33,972 nucleotides of DNA from Octopus bimaculoides. Its lineage: Eukaryota. The notes below the pieces were generated by a model. It ran no database searches and was not told where the DNA came from. It saw only the letters and a program-made list of their open reading frames with translations. The position numbers and the translations under genes are program-made. The stretch is taken from positions 82,575,454-82,609,425 of the forward strand of contig NC_068989.1 of assembly GCF_001194135.2 (NCBI RefSeq), written 5' to 3'. Below, piece after piece: positions 10,346 through 22,236 of this stretch (position 1 is its first letter; every line of letters starts with the position of its first letter).

Positions 10346-10868
10346 TATAACTTCTGGTTGTCCAATGTTAGTGAACGCAGAGTGAGATGAGAAATTATGC
10401 CGGCGTTATAGTGTTCACTGGAAAGAGGTGGAACACTTACTAGAAAAAGTTTCAAATAATGATACAAGAATTATTCTGGTAAATACCAACTCAGGATAAT
10501 CAGCATATTGTCTAAGACCATCAGGAAGTGTCTTCTTATGTGTCTATCAGCCCCAATAAATGATAATAGAGTATAGCTGTATAGAAATGGAGACATTATC
10601 TGTAAATAAAGATCTAGAGATATAGCTAATCAGAACAAGAGACCAGAAAATAGAAAACACCTGTTATAATAGTAGATGTCTTAGGAGTGATTAAGGCGCA
10701 GAAGCACTCATTAGCAGAAGCACTCATTAGCAAAAGCCCATAACATACAGGAATTGAACTAAATAAATGACCTTGCAATCTATATTATGTTGAGTAAACT
10801 CAATACAATAGTACTACTGGTTATTATAGGCATATTACTAAAGCAGTGTCTCATGATTCATATATATA

Positions 10869-11166
10869 CGCCTATCCTCGTTCATCACGGGTGTTTGGTC
10901 TCGAAGATACTCTGCGTTAAATGATACAGTGATAGATGAATAATAGAATACATGGTGAAAATGGGTTTCATTTCGTGACCCTAATTTGTCCTGCGCAGTG
11001 TTGGTGGTCGCTGCGGTGCGCTTTTAAAGTCTAAGCAGAATCTTTGACTGATCACCGATCCAGGTTATAACAGATCAATTCGTGGTAAGCGTAACACGGT
11101 TCACAGTTGAGCATACCGCGTTATCCGGATAAGAGATAAATGAATCAGTGATAAACGAGGACAGAT
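10869..11166. mobile_element. Tigger/pogo-like MITE
   Basis: Imperfect inverted ends cctatcctcgttcatcac / gtgataaacgaggacaga in TA-rich flanks. Confidence 0.5.
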
Positions 11167-11498
11167 ATACAACATACTGAAAATAAACACTGTTAGGCAT
11201 TGTACATACATTCTGTGGAGTACTTTAAATACAAAAATAAAACATGATGCAAGACCTGATACACAGGTAAAGGAGTGCTAGAAGGAAGTTGTCGGAGTTG
11301 AAATAGTTAAATAGATATAACTGTATTTAATGTAGAATTGGTGTTATAGTAGTGAAATTCTTAAACAGATGAAAGAATATTAAGTTCAGAGAGAATATTA
11401 ACTTCAGGACCAAGTCCCATCAGGGGTTATTTACAATTCTCTCTCTAGACAGAATGTTTCACCCGCACAATTCACACAAACAAAACAAAACGTACACC

Positions 11499-11549
<51 letters not shown>

Positions 11550-11797
11550 CACCCTTTTTATCCTTGTAGTACACCATTTGGAAAATTGCAGGTTCAACGA
11601 GTGCCAGTCTTGTAAAGTACATAGACTTGGCGACGTGATAGCTAGTTTGTTTACCAGCAAACGGTATACGTTGATGATTTTTAATGAACGGAGGGAAGGG
11701 AATGGTGTCGGCAGCTTGTTCTCTTAATATTTGTTAGAATCAGAATAGTACATAAATGAGATTTCTCTGCTTTTGACGCCTTCATGGATTCTCTGTG

Positions 11798-12068
11798 TTG
11801 TAGCTGTGAGTTAAAGTTACAGCCTCATCACTTCGTGTTACATTGATTTTACCAAAGGATTATACTAAGAGAATACTTGACTGAGGAATACTCAACCACT
11901 TACATACAATTCCAATGAATTGTATTCTGAATTCTCGTCGTCATAAAGAGTGAAGAGACTTTCCACGGGTAACTCTTTGATGATTTTGGTATAATTAACT
12001 GAGTTAAAGAGTGTCGTGTCCCAGCTGCCAATCCATTTTCACTATGGTTGACTGCTTTTTCAAGGGTG
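11798..12068. repeat. Unclassified ~270-bp dispersed repeat, copy 1 (inverted relative to 21969-22236)
   Basis: Reverse complement aligns end to end with 21969-22236 with roughly nine of ten bases identical by eye. Confidence 0.9.
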
Positions 12069-12400
12069 CGAGTAGCATAGCAGTTGAGTATAGTGGCCTG
12101 AATTTATGTTGTAGTTTAGGAAGGAGTATATATGGGTTAGTGATGTCAAGTATTAGAATTCCTTGATTTATGGATGGTGTACATAGGATAGTGATGGTTA
12201 GGTTTGATGTCATTTCACTTGGGGTTTTATTGGGCTTTAGAATCGTTGCGGTTTTGTCCAGCTTTCAAATTGTAAGAATTCTGGAAGCGTTGGTAGATGT
12301 AGTGGCAAATGTTGGTGGATTAAATGATTCCGCTAAGCCCTTGTGATTTCTGTGTAACCCAGGTGATTTGGAATTCTTAGATCTTTTCCTATTGATTTTT
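12069..12400 (-). mobile_element. Degenerate non-LTR RT fragment (I/Jockey group)
   Basis: TI*KLDKTATILKPNKTPSEMTSNLTITILCTPS..LPKLQHKFRPLYST resembles W..A.I..I.KP.K.P....SYRPISLLC..QHGFR...ST. Confidence 0.6.
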
Positions 12401-12699
12401 GGATATCAGAAGTAAAAAAATGAGGATCAAGTCGACATGATTTATGTTGGTCTATGGACAAATTTCCCTAAAAGCTGTGCTACAGCTGTTGCAGGTATAT
12501 TAACTCTCGGAGACCTTACAAACCTCGTACTCAACAACGCAACTTCTGCAGCGCCATGACACGAAGGAAAAAGAATGCCTCTATGCATCACATACTCCGT
12601 AAGCTTTCTTCACATCTCAAACAGCAGCAGAATCTTCTTGTTCGTTGCCAGAACGTTCTCTACTAATTTTGCAGAATCCATTTTTTTTTCTCACTTCTC

Positions 12700-12954
12700 A
12701 ACTATGACGGTCCCGTGAGTAGCAGCACTCTTACAGAGAAACCTCCTGCATTTGCTACCTGCTTTACATCCTACGTAAATCTCCTTAAAATTTTGTCCTT
12801 TCTACTCCACTAGGCACATCTCATATACTCACATATTAAATGCAGAAAAATACCTCTGATTGCTTCAAGCCGTCAAGGCCACAGGCTTTGACAATGTCTC
12901 TTACATTACCTTCAAATAATACACACAGAAGCTAACAAGCTCTGAGGAGCATAG

Positions 12955-13047
<93 letters not shown>

Positions 13048-13900
13048 TTCTGTCTGCCTCTTTCTTTGTTTGTCTATCTATCTCTTTCTCTGTCAGTCTG
13101 TCTGTCAGTCACTTTCTCTGTCTGTCTGCCTGTCAGTCACTTTCTCTGTCTGTCTGTTTGTCTGTCTGTCTGTTTCCCGCTCTCTCTGTTTCTCTGTCTC
13201 TCTGTCTATGTTTGTCTGTCTCTCTGTCTCTGTTTGTCTGTCTCTCTGTCTCTGTTTGTCTGTCTCTCTGTCTCCCCCTCTCTCTCTCTTTCTCTCTCGC
13301 TCTCTGAATCTAGCTCAATCTTTGTAAATCCACCACATTGTATTCAGTTCTCAGAAAGGACACACCTATAACTCTACCAACTAGCGTCCCATTGCACTCA
13401 CCTTCAGCCTTTGAAATGCTTAAGAAGCAGCCATTACAAATCAATTTCTGCAACATCTTGAATCTCCCTCTCTCCTCTTTGAATACGAAAACGGCTTCCA
13501 AAAACCAAAACCCATTGAAAACCAACAACTATCAATTCTCTTCAAAGTTCAGGTAAGACATTCAACAGGGTACTTCGTCCGCATACCTAGGATGGTGCTG
13601 CTTCCGGATGCATTCATAAGAGGGACCACGTCTCCACAAGGTCACCCGACTGATTGGTATGAAATCATTAGCAAATACTCTCCAATCCCCGGTTCACAAA
13701 TATGCTGTGTCTCCTCTCTTTATCGTTTCTACAATGGTTTCTGTTCCCGGTTAGTCTCCTGGCGCCTCTATCCAAGAATCTGAATTCATTTTCCTTCTCC
13801 CTCTCAACATCCACATTGTTTCCACCCAAACATCCACGCTTCAGGTTCACCTTTAAACGACTACGGCCAAGCCTTTCTCCCCAGTGACTCCCCTTGGAAT
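12700..13900 (+). mobile_element. Degenerate CR1/Crack-group LINE ORF2 remnant split by a CT-rich microsatellite
   Basis: VKATGFDNVSYITFK before the microsatellite; QKGHTYNSTN*RPIALT..EAAITNQFLQHLES..EYENGF after it; ctcctggcgcctcta (LLAPL) in the QGS.L.P.LF region. Confidence 0.7.
12956..13302. repeat. (CT)n grading into (CTGT)n compound microsatellite
   Basis: Direct reading of the sequence. Confidence 0.95.
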
Positions 13901-14214
13901 TCTCACTTATTTTATACCTATAGCTATTTGAGCGCAAATGTTTAAGAAAAATATCGATTTCAGAGGGCATGTGGAGGTTACGGGATTCTTCTTTACCTCC
14001 AGAGCAAGGCCAAGAGAATGATGGGGAGATGGAATTTGCTCAAAATAAGGAAATCCACTAAACATACGAATTATAATAGAAAATAAAGTTGATAACATTT
14101 GTAAGACGTGTTGTTGTTATTGTTGTTGTTGGCGGTAGTAGTGGTGGTGGTAGTAGTGGTGGTGTTGGTGTTGGTGGTGCTATCGTTGTTGTATTGATAA
14201 TTGTAGTTGGTTAA

Positions 14215-14345
14215 ATCAGCTCAGTCAAGCAGATCAGCTATGTATGAAAGTCATACCAAGCGTGACGGAACCGTGTTTTCCATGGTAATAGTAAGACATG
14301 ACTCATGAGAGATGTAGCTGCTGTTTCCAGCAGTTCGAACAAAAT
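14215..14345. repeat. Fragment of a dispersed repeat (gctagaaatagc-type); related fragments near 1555-1600, 15145-15190 and 15315-15350
   Basis: gatgtagctgctgtttccagcag is a reverse-complement variant of ctgctagaaatagca..aaat seen at the other sites. Confidence 0.5.
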
Positions 14346-14601
14346 CATGGCGCCATTCACACACACAAAATACCTCTCTCTCCCTCTTGTCCCCTCTCTC
14401 TCTCTCATTGTGTGTGTGTGTGTGTGTGTGTGTTGTGAGAAGTGAGTTCTGATGTTCCATGCAGAATACTTCATTCACTCTACAGTAGCTTTTAAAATTA
14501 CACGAGTTCCCTCCCTTGTAAGAGAGCAAGGGACACAACTCGTATAAATAGTTTGAAAGTTGACAGTAACCATTATTTTATTTTACATCCTGAGAATAGC
14601 G

Positions 14602-14644
<43 letters not shown>

Positions 14645-14758
14645 AGAGAGAGAGACAGAGACAGAAAGAGAGACAGAGAGAGAGAGAAAGAAGAAGAGAG
14701 ACATGCAAATACGAATGGAGAGAAATAAGCAGACACAAGAGACGAAGAGATGAAGAAC

Positions 14759-14798
<40 letters not shown>

Positions 14799-14916
14799 TG
14801 GAGAGAGAGGGAGGAAGAGAGAGGGAGAGACAGACAGACGGACAGAGAAACAGACAAACAGGCAGGCAGACAGACAGACAGACAGACAGAAGACAAACAG
14901 ACAGACGGAAGACAGA

Positions 14917-14952
<36 letters not shown>

Positions 14953-15446
14953 GGACGGACAGACAAAAGACAAACAGACAAACAGACAGACAGACAGACG
15001 GAAGACAAACAGACAGACAGAGACTGAGTGACAAACAGAGATGGTGAGAAGGAAGAGGATTATATCTTAGATAATCTTAATCCACCTGATCCTGTCACAA
15101 CGTTAGAAACTAGAATCGCCAAGTGAGCCTTTGTGCGGTAGTTTACTCTGCTAGAAATAGCACTAAAATATCCCTCGAATCACACTCTGTCAAGATTAGA
15201 TGATATCGATGAAGACGTTCCGACGGACTGGCCATTGCAGGAATGTCTAAATGGATCGAAACTGACTTGCTATTAAACAACGAAATACAAAGGAAACCGA
15301 AATAGGTTACTGGACCTGTTAGAAATAACAGTTAAATCTCTTTAAAATCGCTCTCTGACATCTTTAACAAGAATGGACACTTTCGTCTCGTCAATGTTTG
15401 TTGGATGAAGAAAAATGGTGGAACGCATTTGAGCAGAGGTCAAACA

Positions 15447-15484
15447 ACGACGACGATGACGACGACGACGATTGCAACAGTAAT

Positions 15485-15565
<81 letters not shown>

Positions 15566-15581
15566 CGCTGCTGCTGCTGCA

Positions 15582-15631
<50 letters not shown>

Positions 15632-15648
15632 AACTGCTGCTGCTGCTG

Positions 15649-15716
<68 letters not shown>
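15447..15716. repeat. Compound trinucleotide microsatellite (ACG)n-(TAC)n-(TGC)n-(TAC)n-(TGC)n-(TAC)n
   Basis: Direct reading; it explains the poly-S/T/Y/C ORFs in the track. Confidence 0.95.
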
Positions 15717-16196
15717 GTCTGTATGAATTTGTAGTATAAAGATGCAGAGAATCATGTGGCTATCACAGAAAGCTTCTCTACCGGACTCGACTAACAGTCC
15801 ACATGGTTATTCAATGGTTATTCAATGCAGAAAAGTGTAATGTAGAGTGTTCAATGCACCTGAAATTTAGAAGTTCTAATCGATGAAACCAGAAAGCATA
15901 AGAGGTGAATATATATTTATCTAACCTCTTGATCAGCCTTAGAATTACGGCCGTTTTGCAATCTTCTTCATCTAACATTAGTTTCAATGAGGAAGGAATT
16001 ATGGTTACGTGTTTGCATTAATATGCATGTCCAGCATAGTACAATTGCATTGTATATTCACAAATCAATGCGAATAAGGAAAGTTAGCTCATCAGATCAC
16101 CAGAACATCAGGGTCACGCCAACGGTTCAGAGTTGAATAGTATAGACACACGCACGCACGCACACACGCACGCACGCACGGACGCACGCACGGACG

Positions 16197-16233
<37 letters not shown>

Positions 16234-16713
16234 ACACCCCCACATGCGCACGCACGCACAGACGCACACGCACACCACACACACACACACACAGATATAT
16301 ATCCATACACACACATATATACATTTATATCCATACATTCATACATATATACATATATACACATGTGTTTGTGTGATATCTATGTGTATATGTATGAATA
16401 TGTGTGTGTGTATGTATGAATGTATGTATCTGTGTGTGCGAGTGTATTTTTGTGTTTGTGTTTGTCCCGAACACAGCTTAACTATCGATGTTGGTTTGTT
16501 TATATCTTTCGCTTAGTCGCCCCCCCCCCACCCTCAAATGATTAGCTGACCCTGGCAAGAGTGCTCTTGATCAGTGTCCTTGGTCGTAGAACTGTTGAAT
16601 CAGAACTAATCAACAACCTTCTTTCTTCGACCTCCATCTCGCCAGCCTCGGCCTTTTGGAACACACTTCCATCAATTATTTTATAAGGAAGGGAAATATT
16701 ATCTGCAGGAGTA

Positions 16714-17082
16714 AAGGCAGTGAGGTGGCCGAAGCGTTAGCACGCCGGGTCAAATGCTTAACGGTACTTTGTCTGTCTTTACGTTCTATGTTCAAATTCC
16801 GCTGAGGTCGACTTTGCTTTTTATCCTTTTGAGGTCGATAAATGAAGTGCCAATTGCGTACTAGGCTCGATCTAATCGACTGGCCCGCTCCCCCAAAATT
16901 TCAGGCCTTTGCCTAGAGTAGAAAAGATTCTTTTGAAGGCGGTGAGCTGGCAGAAACGTTAGCATGCCGGGCGAAATGCTTAGCGATATTTTCTTTGTCT
17001 TTATGTTCTGAGTTCAAATTCCGCCGAGGTCGACTTTGCCTTTCATCCTTTTGGGGTCAATAAATTAAGTACCAATTGCGTT
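16714..17082 (+). mobile_element. Two head-to-tail family A SINEs (16714-16926; 16936-17082, 3'-truncated)
   Basis: aaggc.gtgag.tggc.gaa.cgttagca.gccggg heads, gttcaaattcc B-box, and tail gcctagagtagaaaagatt. Confidence 0.9.
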
Positions 17083-17557
17083 CTATAATTTCGCATAAAT
17101 TTAAATACTGAATTAATTGTTAAAGTTATTGTTGACTAGATGATAAAAGGAATATTTGGCTTTTAGTAAGTTTAGTAGCCAACATCAGTTTTTGAATCAA
17201 ACGTTGGTTTGAATCAACTATAGAAACTAAATCGTATAAATGTCACGATAAATAATTTAAGCACGGTATAAACAGACATAAATTACTCTCAAGTGTCACC
17301 CCACTCGATTAAGTAGAATCCGTTTGTGAATGTAGCTTTAGACTTTCAGTATCTTGTCAATAGTTAAGGACGATCATAGCTGGGATACCATCAAAACAAA
17401 CTCTCGAGAAATATATATAAACAGTATCCAAAAATTTTATAAAATTTTCAAGGGAGACTACTCTGTAAAATATTTTACAGTAGTGTCCCTTGAAATTTAA
17501 AGCGTATTTCTTTTCATATATATAGACGAGAAATATATATATATATATTTTCATATA

Positions 17558-17759
17558 TACTCTTTTACTCTTTTACTTGTTTCAGTCATTTGACTGCGGC
17601 CATGCTGGAGCACCGCCTTTAGTCGAGCAAATCAACCCCGGGACTTATTCTGTGTAAGCCTGGTACTTATTCTATCGGTCACTTTTGCCGAACCGCTAAG
17701 TTACGGGGACATAAACACACCAGCATCGGTTGTCAAGCAATGCTAGGGGGACAGACACA

Positions 17760-17809
<50 letters not shown>

Positions 17810-17974
17810 CATATATACGATGGGCTTCTTTCAGTTTCCGTCTACCAAATCCACTCACAAGGCTTTGGTCGGCCCGAGGCTATAGTAAAAGACACTTGCC
17901 CAAGGTGCCACGCAGTGGGACTGAACCCGGAACCATGTGGTTGGTAAGCAAGCTACTTACCACACAGCCACTCC
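17558..17974 (-). mobile_element. Full-length tRNA-derived SINE (family C) with an internal (TA)/(TG) microsatellite and (GTAAAAGA)n tail
   Basis: Reverse complement: ggagtggctgtgtggtaagtagcttgc..ggttcagtccc head through aaatgactgaaacaagtaaaagagtaaaagagta tail. Confidence 0.9.
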
Positions 17975-18226
17975 AATAGATGAGAAATATATATATATAT
18001 ATATATTTTCATATATATAGATGAGAAAAAAATTCGATCAGCTGAGATTACTCAAGCAATTAGACGAAGTGATTCAAAGCTAAAAGCAGAAATTTCATTC
18101 TAAGATGCTGGATGTGAATTTTATTTTGAGTCACAACGCATCATTAGACAATGTGTTGTCCAGCTGACGGAAGAATGAGGAAAAGGAGGCAGCTATGGCA
18201 AACTAATGAGAAATATTGAAGTACGT

Positions 18227-18520
18227 GAAGGCGCGTGGATTAGTGGTGAGGGCATTCAACTCCCGGTGACACGTTGTGTCCTTGAGCAAGGTACTTTATT
18301 TCACGTTGCTCCAGTCCACACAGCGAAAATGAGTAGTACCTCTATTTCAGAAAAGGGTCAGCCTTGTCACATTCTGTGTCACACTTAAGTTCCCAGTGAA
18401 CTACGTTAAGGGTACGCGTGTCTGGGGAGTGCTCAGCCACTTGGACGTTAATTTCACGAGCAGGCTATTCCGTTGATCGGATCAACTGGAACCGTCATTG
18501 TTGCAACCGACGGAGTGCCA
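18227..18520 (+). mobile_element. tRNA-derived SINE (family B, variant 1)
   Basis: Degenerate tRNA-like head, central gttgtgtccttgagcaagg, and a 3' end gttgatcggatcaactggaacc..aaccgacggagtgcc shared with 21282-21660. Confidence 0.85.
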
Positions 18521-18934
18521 GAACTTCCGTAACCATCAACATCAATACTACAATCGACAAACTGGGTTTCACAAAAAACCGAAAGGAAACTTCCTGTGAC
18601 CTCTTCAACAACGAGGAGACGGCGTGGGATGGAGGGTCACGGAAAGGAACTGTTAATTAGAAAATTACCATTACAAATTCTAAATGGAAGTGCGATAGTT
18701 GGGAAAACATTTCAGAAATCTACCCTGCAGTTTGTACACATGCATATAGACATAAATGTATATGAATATTTACACATGTATAGAGCAGAAACATGTAGTT
18801 ATGTATACATATACACATGTAGGCATGTATATCGATGACTATATTGTTTATACACTTATACGCACGTAGATATACGAACATATGGGTGAGTACATTCACA
18901 CACTTGTTCGCATACAAATGTGTGGATATGTACG

Positions 18935-19343
18935 AGCGTGGCTGTGTGATAAGAAGCTTGGGTCGTAACCACATGGTTCTGGGTTCAGCCCCATAGCACA
19001 ACACTCCTCTAGCCCCGGACCGACCATAGCCTTGAGAATGCCTTTGGTTGACGGAAACTGAAAGAAGCTTCGTCGTATACACACACAGAAACGCGCGCTC
19101 ATACACACACATACACACACACACACACAGAGACAGAAGTACTTACGGAGATGACAATTCTTCTCTTAATATAAACGCTATGGATACTATGGAATTTCAG
19201 ATCAATATCTAATGACAGGAGTGTTTACACTGTACGATGACATTTGCTAGCTAATAACGGTGGACGAGCTTTGTATAGCATACTAAAACGTTTATACTCA
19301 AATCTTATTCAACTGTGTGTGTGTTTGTGTGCACGCACCTGCA

Positions 19344-19406
<63 letters not shown>

Positions 19407-19445
19407 ATGTTTGTCCCCACCACTGCTTGACAACCGGTGTTGCAT
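18935..19445 (+). mobile_element. Diverged, 3'-truncated family C SINE with an expanded central microsatellite region
   Basis: gctgtgtgataagaagcttg..ggttcagccc..gacggaaactgaaagaagc and tgtccccaccactgcttgacaaccg match the 17558-17974 family. Confidence 0.75.
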
Positions 19446-20030
19446 TCGAGACACGTCCAGTGTGGGTAGGGAGCAGTGGTTAAGGATGTGATGGCGATGG
19501 TTTTTCTGGCCTGTCTGCGTTGCTCAGTTACTGCAATTCTATTGACTTCGAAGGTTTGCAATCTCTGGTGGACAGCAGATCACCAATTGCTTCTGTTCTC
19601 AGCTATCTACTCCTATGTGACACAGATTATACAGAAGGCCTTCAGAGAAGCTTTAAAAGTATCTTTGAACAGTTTTTTCCTGTCTCTGCTGGAAGCGTTT
19701 GCCTCGTTGCCGTTCGCCAAACAATAGTTTCTATGCAGATTTACAAATATGCAAATATACTTACACGTCCAACTACTGTCCATCGCTAGCGATCTCGAAT
19801 AACTGCTTCAATAGTCTCTTTAATAGCTGCTTGAATAATCCCAGTTTATCGGAAGACAATTCTTTAAGGAATTATGGGCGTGCATTAATTTATATTTTTC
19901 TCTATCTTTTTGCTGTCCATATAGTGCAGGTGAGGCGACTAAATTTGAGAGTGCAGAGTCCACTTAGACAATCTTTCAGATGACTCCCAGCTAACAAACA
20001 TCACTCAACACACCTATCTATTTTTTTTTT
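19446..20030 (-). mobile_element. Degenerate RTE-clade LINE 3' end
   Basis: KLLFGERQRGKRFQ..LFKDTFKASLKAF..NRSNW*SAVH..FEVNRIAVTEQRRQARK..TCLECN matches RTE C-termini. Confidence 0.75.
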
Positions 20031-20097
20031 CTGTTATGTCTGCTGAAGCGGTCTTCCGTACTTGCTAATCCTGTTCGCCACAACATGTCTCTCTTGA

Positions 20098-20315
20098 AAG
20101 GTAGTGATCTGGCAGAATCGCAAGCACGCCGGGTGAAATTCCTAACAGTATTTCGTGCGTCCTTACAATCCGAGTTCAATCTCCGCTGAGGTCGATTTTG
20201 CCTTTTATCCATTTGGTGTCGATTAAAATAAGTACCAAAAGAGCATTGGGGCTGGTATGATCGACTTATCCACTTCCACGAAATTGCTGGTCTTGGGCCA
20301 AAGTATGAAACCGAT
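20098..20315 (+). mobile_element. Family A SINE
   Basis: ctggcagaatcg..gagttcaatctccgctgaggtcgattttgcc..gaaattgctggtcttgggccaaagtatgaaacc. Confidence 0.85.
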
Positions 20316-20319
20316 ATCT

Positions 20320-21100
20320 CACTGTTGGGCACCATGTCTCTCAAGAGGATTTTCGTTCCAGGCAACATGTTTATCCAGTCTTTCCATTCTACCGTTACCT
20401 TTTTCCATTCGTACATTTTACTCCCAGGTGTTTAAGATCGTGTTTTTAGGCCGTCCTTGATTCTCTTTTAAGCTTGCTTTGTCAACGTTTTCCAACAACC
20501 AGATTGCTATACAAAAGCTCTTTTGAATGTTGGACATTGTTCACCCACACAACACGCCCAACCCAGTACATTTGACTGATAAAAGATCTCTGATTCAACT
20601 AGAAAACACTCAGCTCTTTCGAGTACGTAGGTGTCTGATGTTAGGGACAACAAATTGAAATTGAATATAGATTTCATATTAGTTCTAGTGAAATTTCTCA
20701 GTCATCTTCAGGTGTCGACTGTATGTTGTCCACATCTTGGACGAATGCAGGAAGACCGTCAGAAAAAGTAGTCATAATTCGAATAGCGATACCCCGATCT
20801 GACCACACTAGTTTATTTTTCATTTTTCAAAGGCTGTATAACCCTTTTTGAATTTGTGAGTAAATTTCTGCATCCAGGATTCCATTTCTTACCAAGGTTT
20901 CAAGATACAGCAATGTACCCTCAATTTCTAATCTAAACCTCATCTACATAGATGTTTAGTTCACTGTAGGACTTGCCCCGGGCAGGTATGAACATTACCT
21001 TTGCCTTAAAGGTTTTTGTGAAATCCAATGCAACCATTGTAGTCAAGAATAACCCCTTTTTGAGGTATAGGGAGTTTCCGGTTTGAGTGACAAAACTATC
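20320..21100 (-). mobile_element. Degenerate RTE-clade LINE ORF2 C-terminal fragment
   Basis: KVMFIPARGKSYSELNIYVD..NGILDAEI..VWSDRGIAIR..WVGRVVWV..SKELLYSNLVVGKR; cf. RTE KTEVM.QP..LD.EI..VW...GI..RW.GHV.RM..PK.LLYGEL..GKR. Confidence 0.8.
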
Positions 21101-21281
21101 AATAACTGCACAAAATACAAGTATACCTTAACTTACGTTGTTAATTGATTCCAAAATTGGTAGCTTCACTCGTTTTTTTAGTAGCTTCACTCGTAAAACG
21201 AAGTAACACGAGAAGAGATTTTAAAAACTTTATTGGTTTACATATGTTTTAATAAATGTTTTCTATATATTTTCTACATGT

Positions 21282-21660
21282 GGAGGCGCAATGGCCCAGT
21301 GGTTAGGGCAGCGGACTCGCGGTCGTAGGATCGCGGTTTCGATTCCCAGTCCGGGCGTTGTGAGTGTTTATTGAGCGAAAACACCTAGAGCTCCATGAGG
21401 CTCTGGTAGGGGCTGGTGGCGAACCCTGCTGTACTCTTTCGCCACAACTTTCTCTCACTTTATCTTCCTGTTACTGTTGTACCTGTATTTCAAAGGGCCG
21501 GCCTTGTCACACTCTGTGTCACGCTGAATCTCCCTCAAGAACTACGTTAAGGGTACACGTGTCTGAGGAGTGCTCAGCCACTTGTACGTTTATTTCACGA
21601 ACATGCTGTTCCGTTGATCGGATCAACTGGAACCCTCGTCGTCGTAACCGACGGAGTGCC
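21282..21660 (+). mobile_element. tRNA-derived SINE (family B, variant 2), near full length
   Basis: ggaggcgcaatggcccagtggttagggcagcggac..ggtttcgattccc (A and B boxes); 3' ~180 nt shared with 18227-18520. Confidence 0.9.
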
Positions 21661-21968
21661 AATCATCATTTTCCACAAAGGATGGATTTTTAGGTGCATT
21701 TTAATGCTTATGGCTTTAAATATGTTTGCTGAGATCGACGTTAAATCGAATAAATCGACTGAGTTCGAAGTTCATTTGTTTCAATTAATTTCTTAAAAAA
21801 AACAAAACGTTATAATATTGAAAATGACGTAAGTCGAAGCGACATATGTTGAGGTATTCCTCTCTTTGTCGAATAAGTTTTAAATGCTTAGGACTTATTA
21901 AAGTTGTTCTCTCTTCTGAAACAAAGATCTCTCCCATTATTTTAAAGCTTAGCTGGATACCAATGTCA

Positions 21969-22236
21969 CACCCCTGAAAAGCAGTAAACCATAGTGAAAA
22001 TGGATTGGCAGCTGGGACACGACAATCTTTAACTCAAGTGATTTCACCAAAATCATCAAAGAGTTACCTGTGGAAAGTCTCTTCACTCCTTATGACGACG
22101 AGAATTCAGAATACAATTCATTGGAATTGTATGTAAGTGGTTGAGTATTCCTCAGTCAAATACTTTCAGTATAATCCTTTTGTAAAATCAATGTAACACG
22201 AAGTGATGTGGCTGTAACTTTAAATCACAGCTACAA
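21969..22236. repeat. Unclassified ~270-bp dispersed repeat, copy 2
   Basis: Reverse-complement match to 11798-12068. Confidence 0.9.

Larger units (their letters stand above)
8410..10810 (+). mobile_element. Degenerate Dong/R4-like (RT + Zn knuckle + RLE) LINE interrupted by three younger insertions
   Basis: INHLMF*DHLKFY (8519-8557; cf. INHL.YMDDLKLY); YNYLRI..KEEY*RR; ELARLDRKTGKIMT..GGGIMQLENYYK (from 9233); KTFFIST*DQCFPAR..YCRFYEGCKE; IV/TSGCPML; KDLEI..PVII.DVLGVIK; taacatacag at 10741, shared with the young copy at 32839-33010. Many stops and frameshifts. Confidence 0.85.

Noticed and set aside
14500-14546. Hairpin acgagtt..tcccttg/caaggga..aactcgt
   Set aside because: Only 7+7 bp with an internal loop, next to repeat fragments; insufficient for an ncRNA call.
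14560-15755. ORFs rich in RQTD, LSVC, poly-S/T/Y/C
   Set aside because: Translations of (GACA)n, (GA)n, (TAC)n and (TGC)n microsatellites; no splice or domain support.
21282-21355. Possible tRNA gene
   Set aside because: It has A/B boxes but continues into a SINE body shared with another copy, and lacks a clean cloverleaf.
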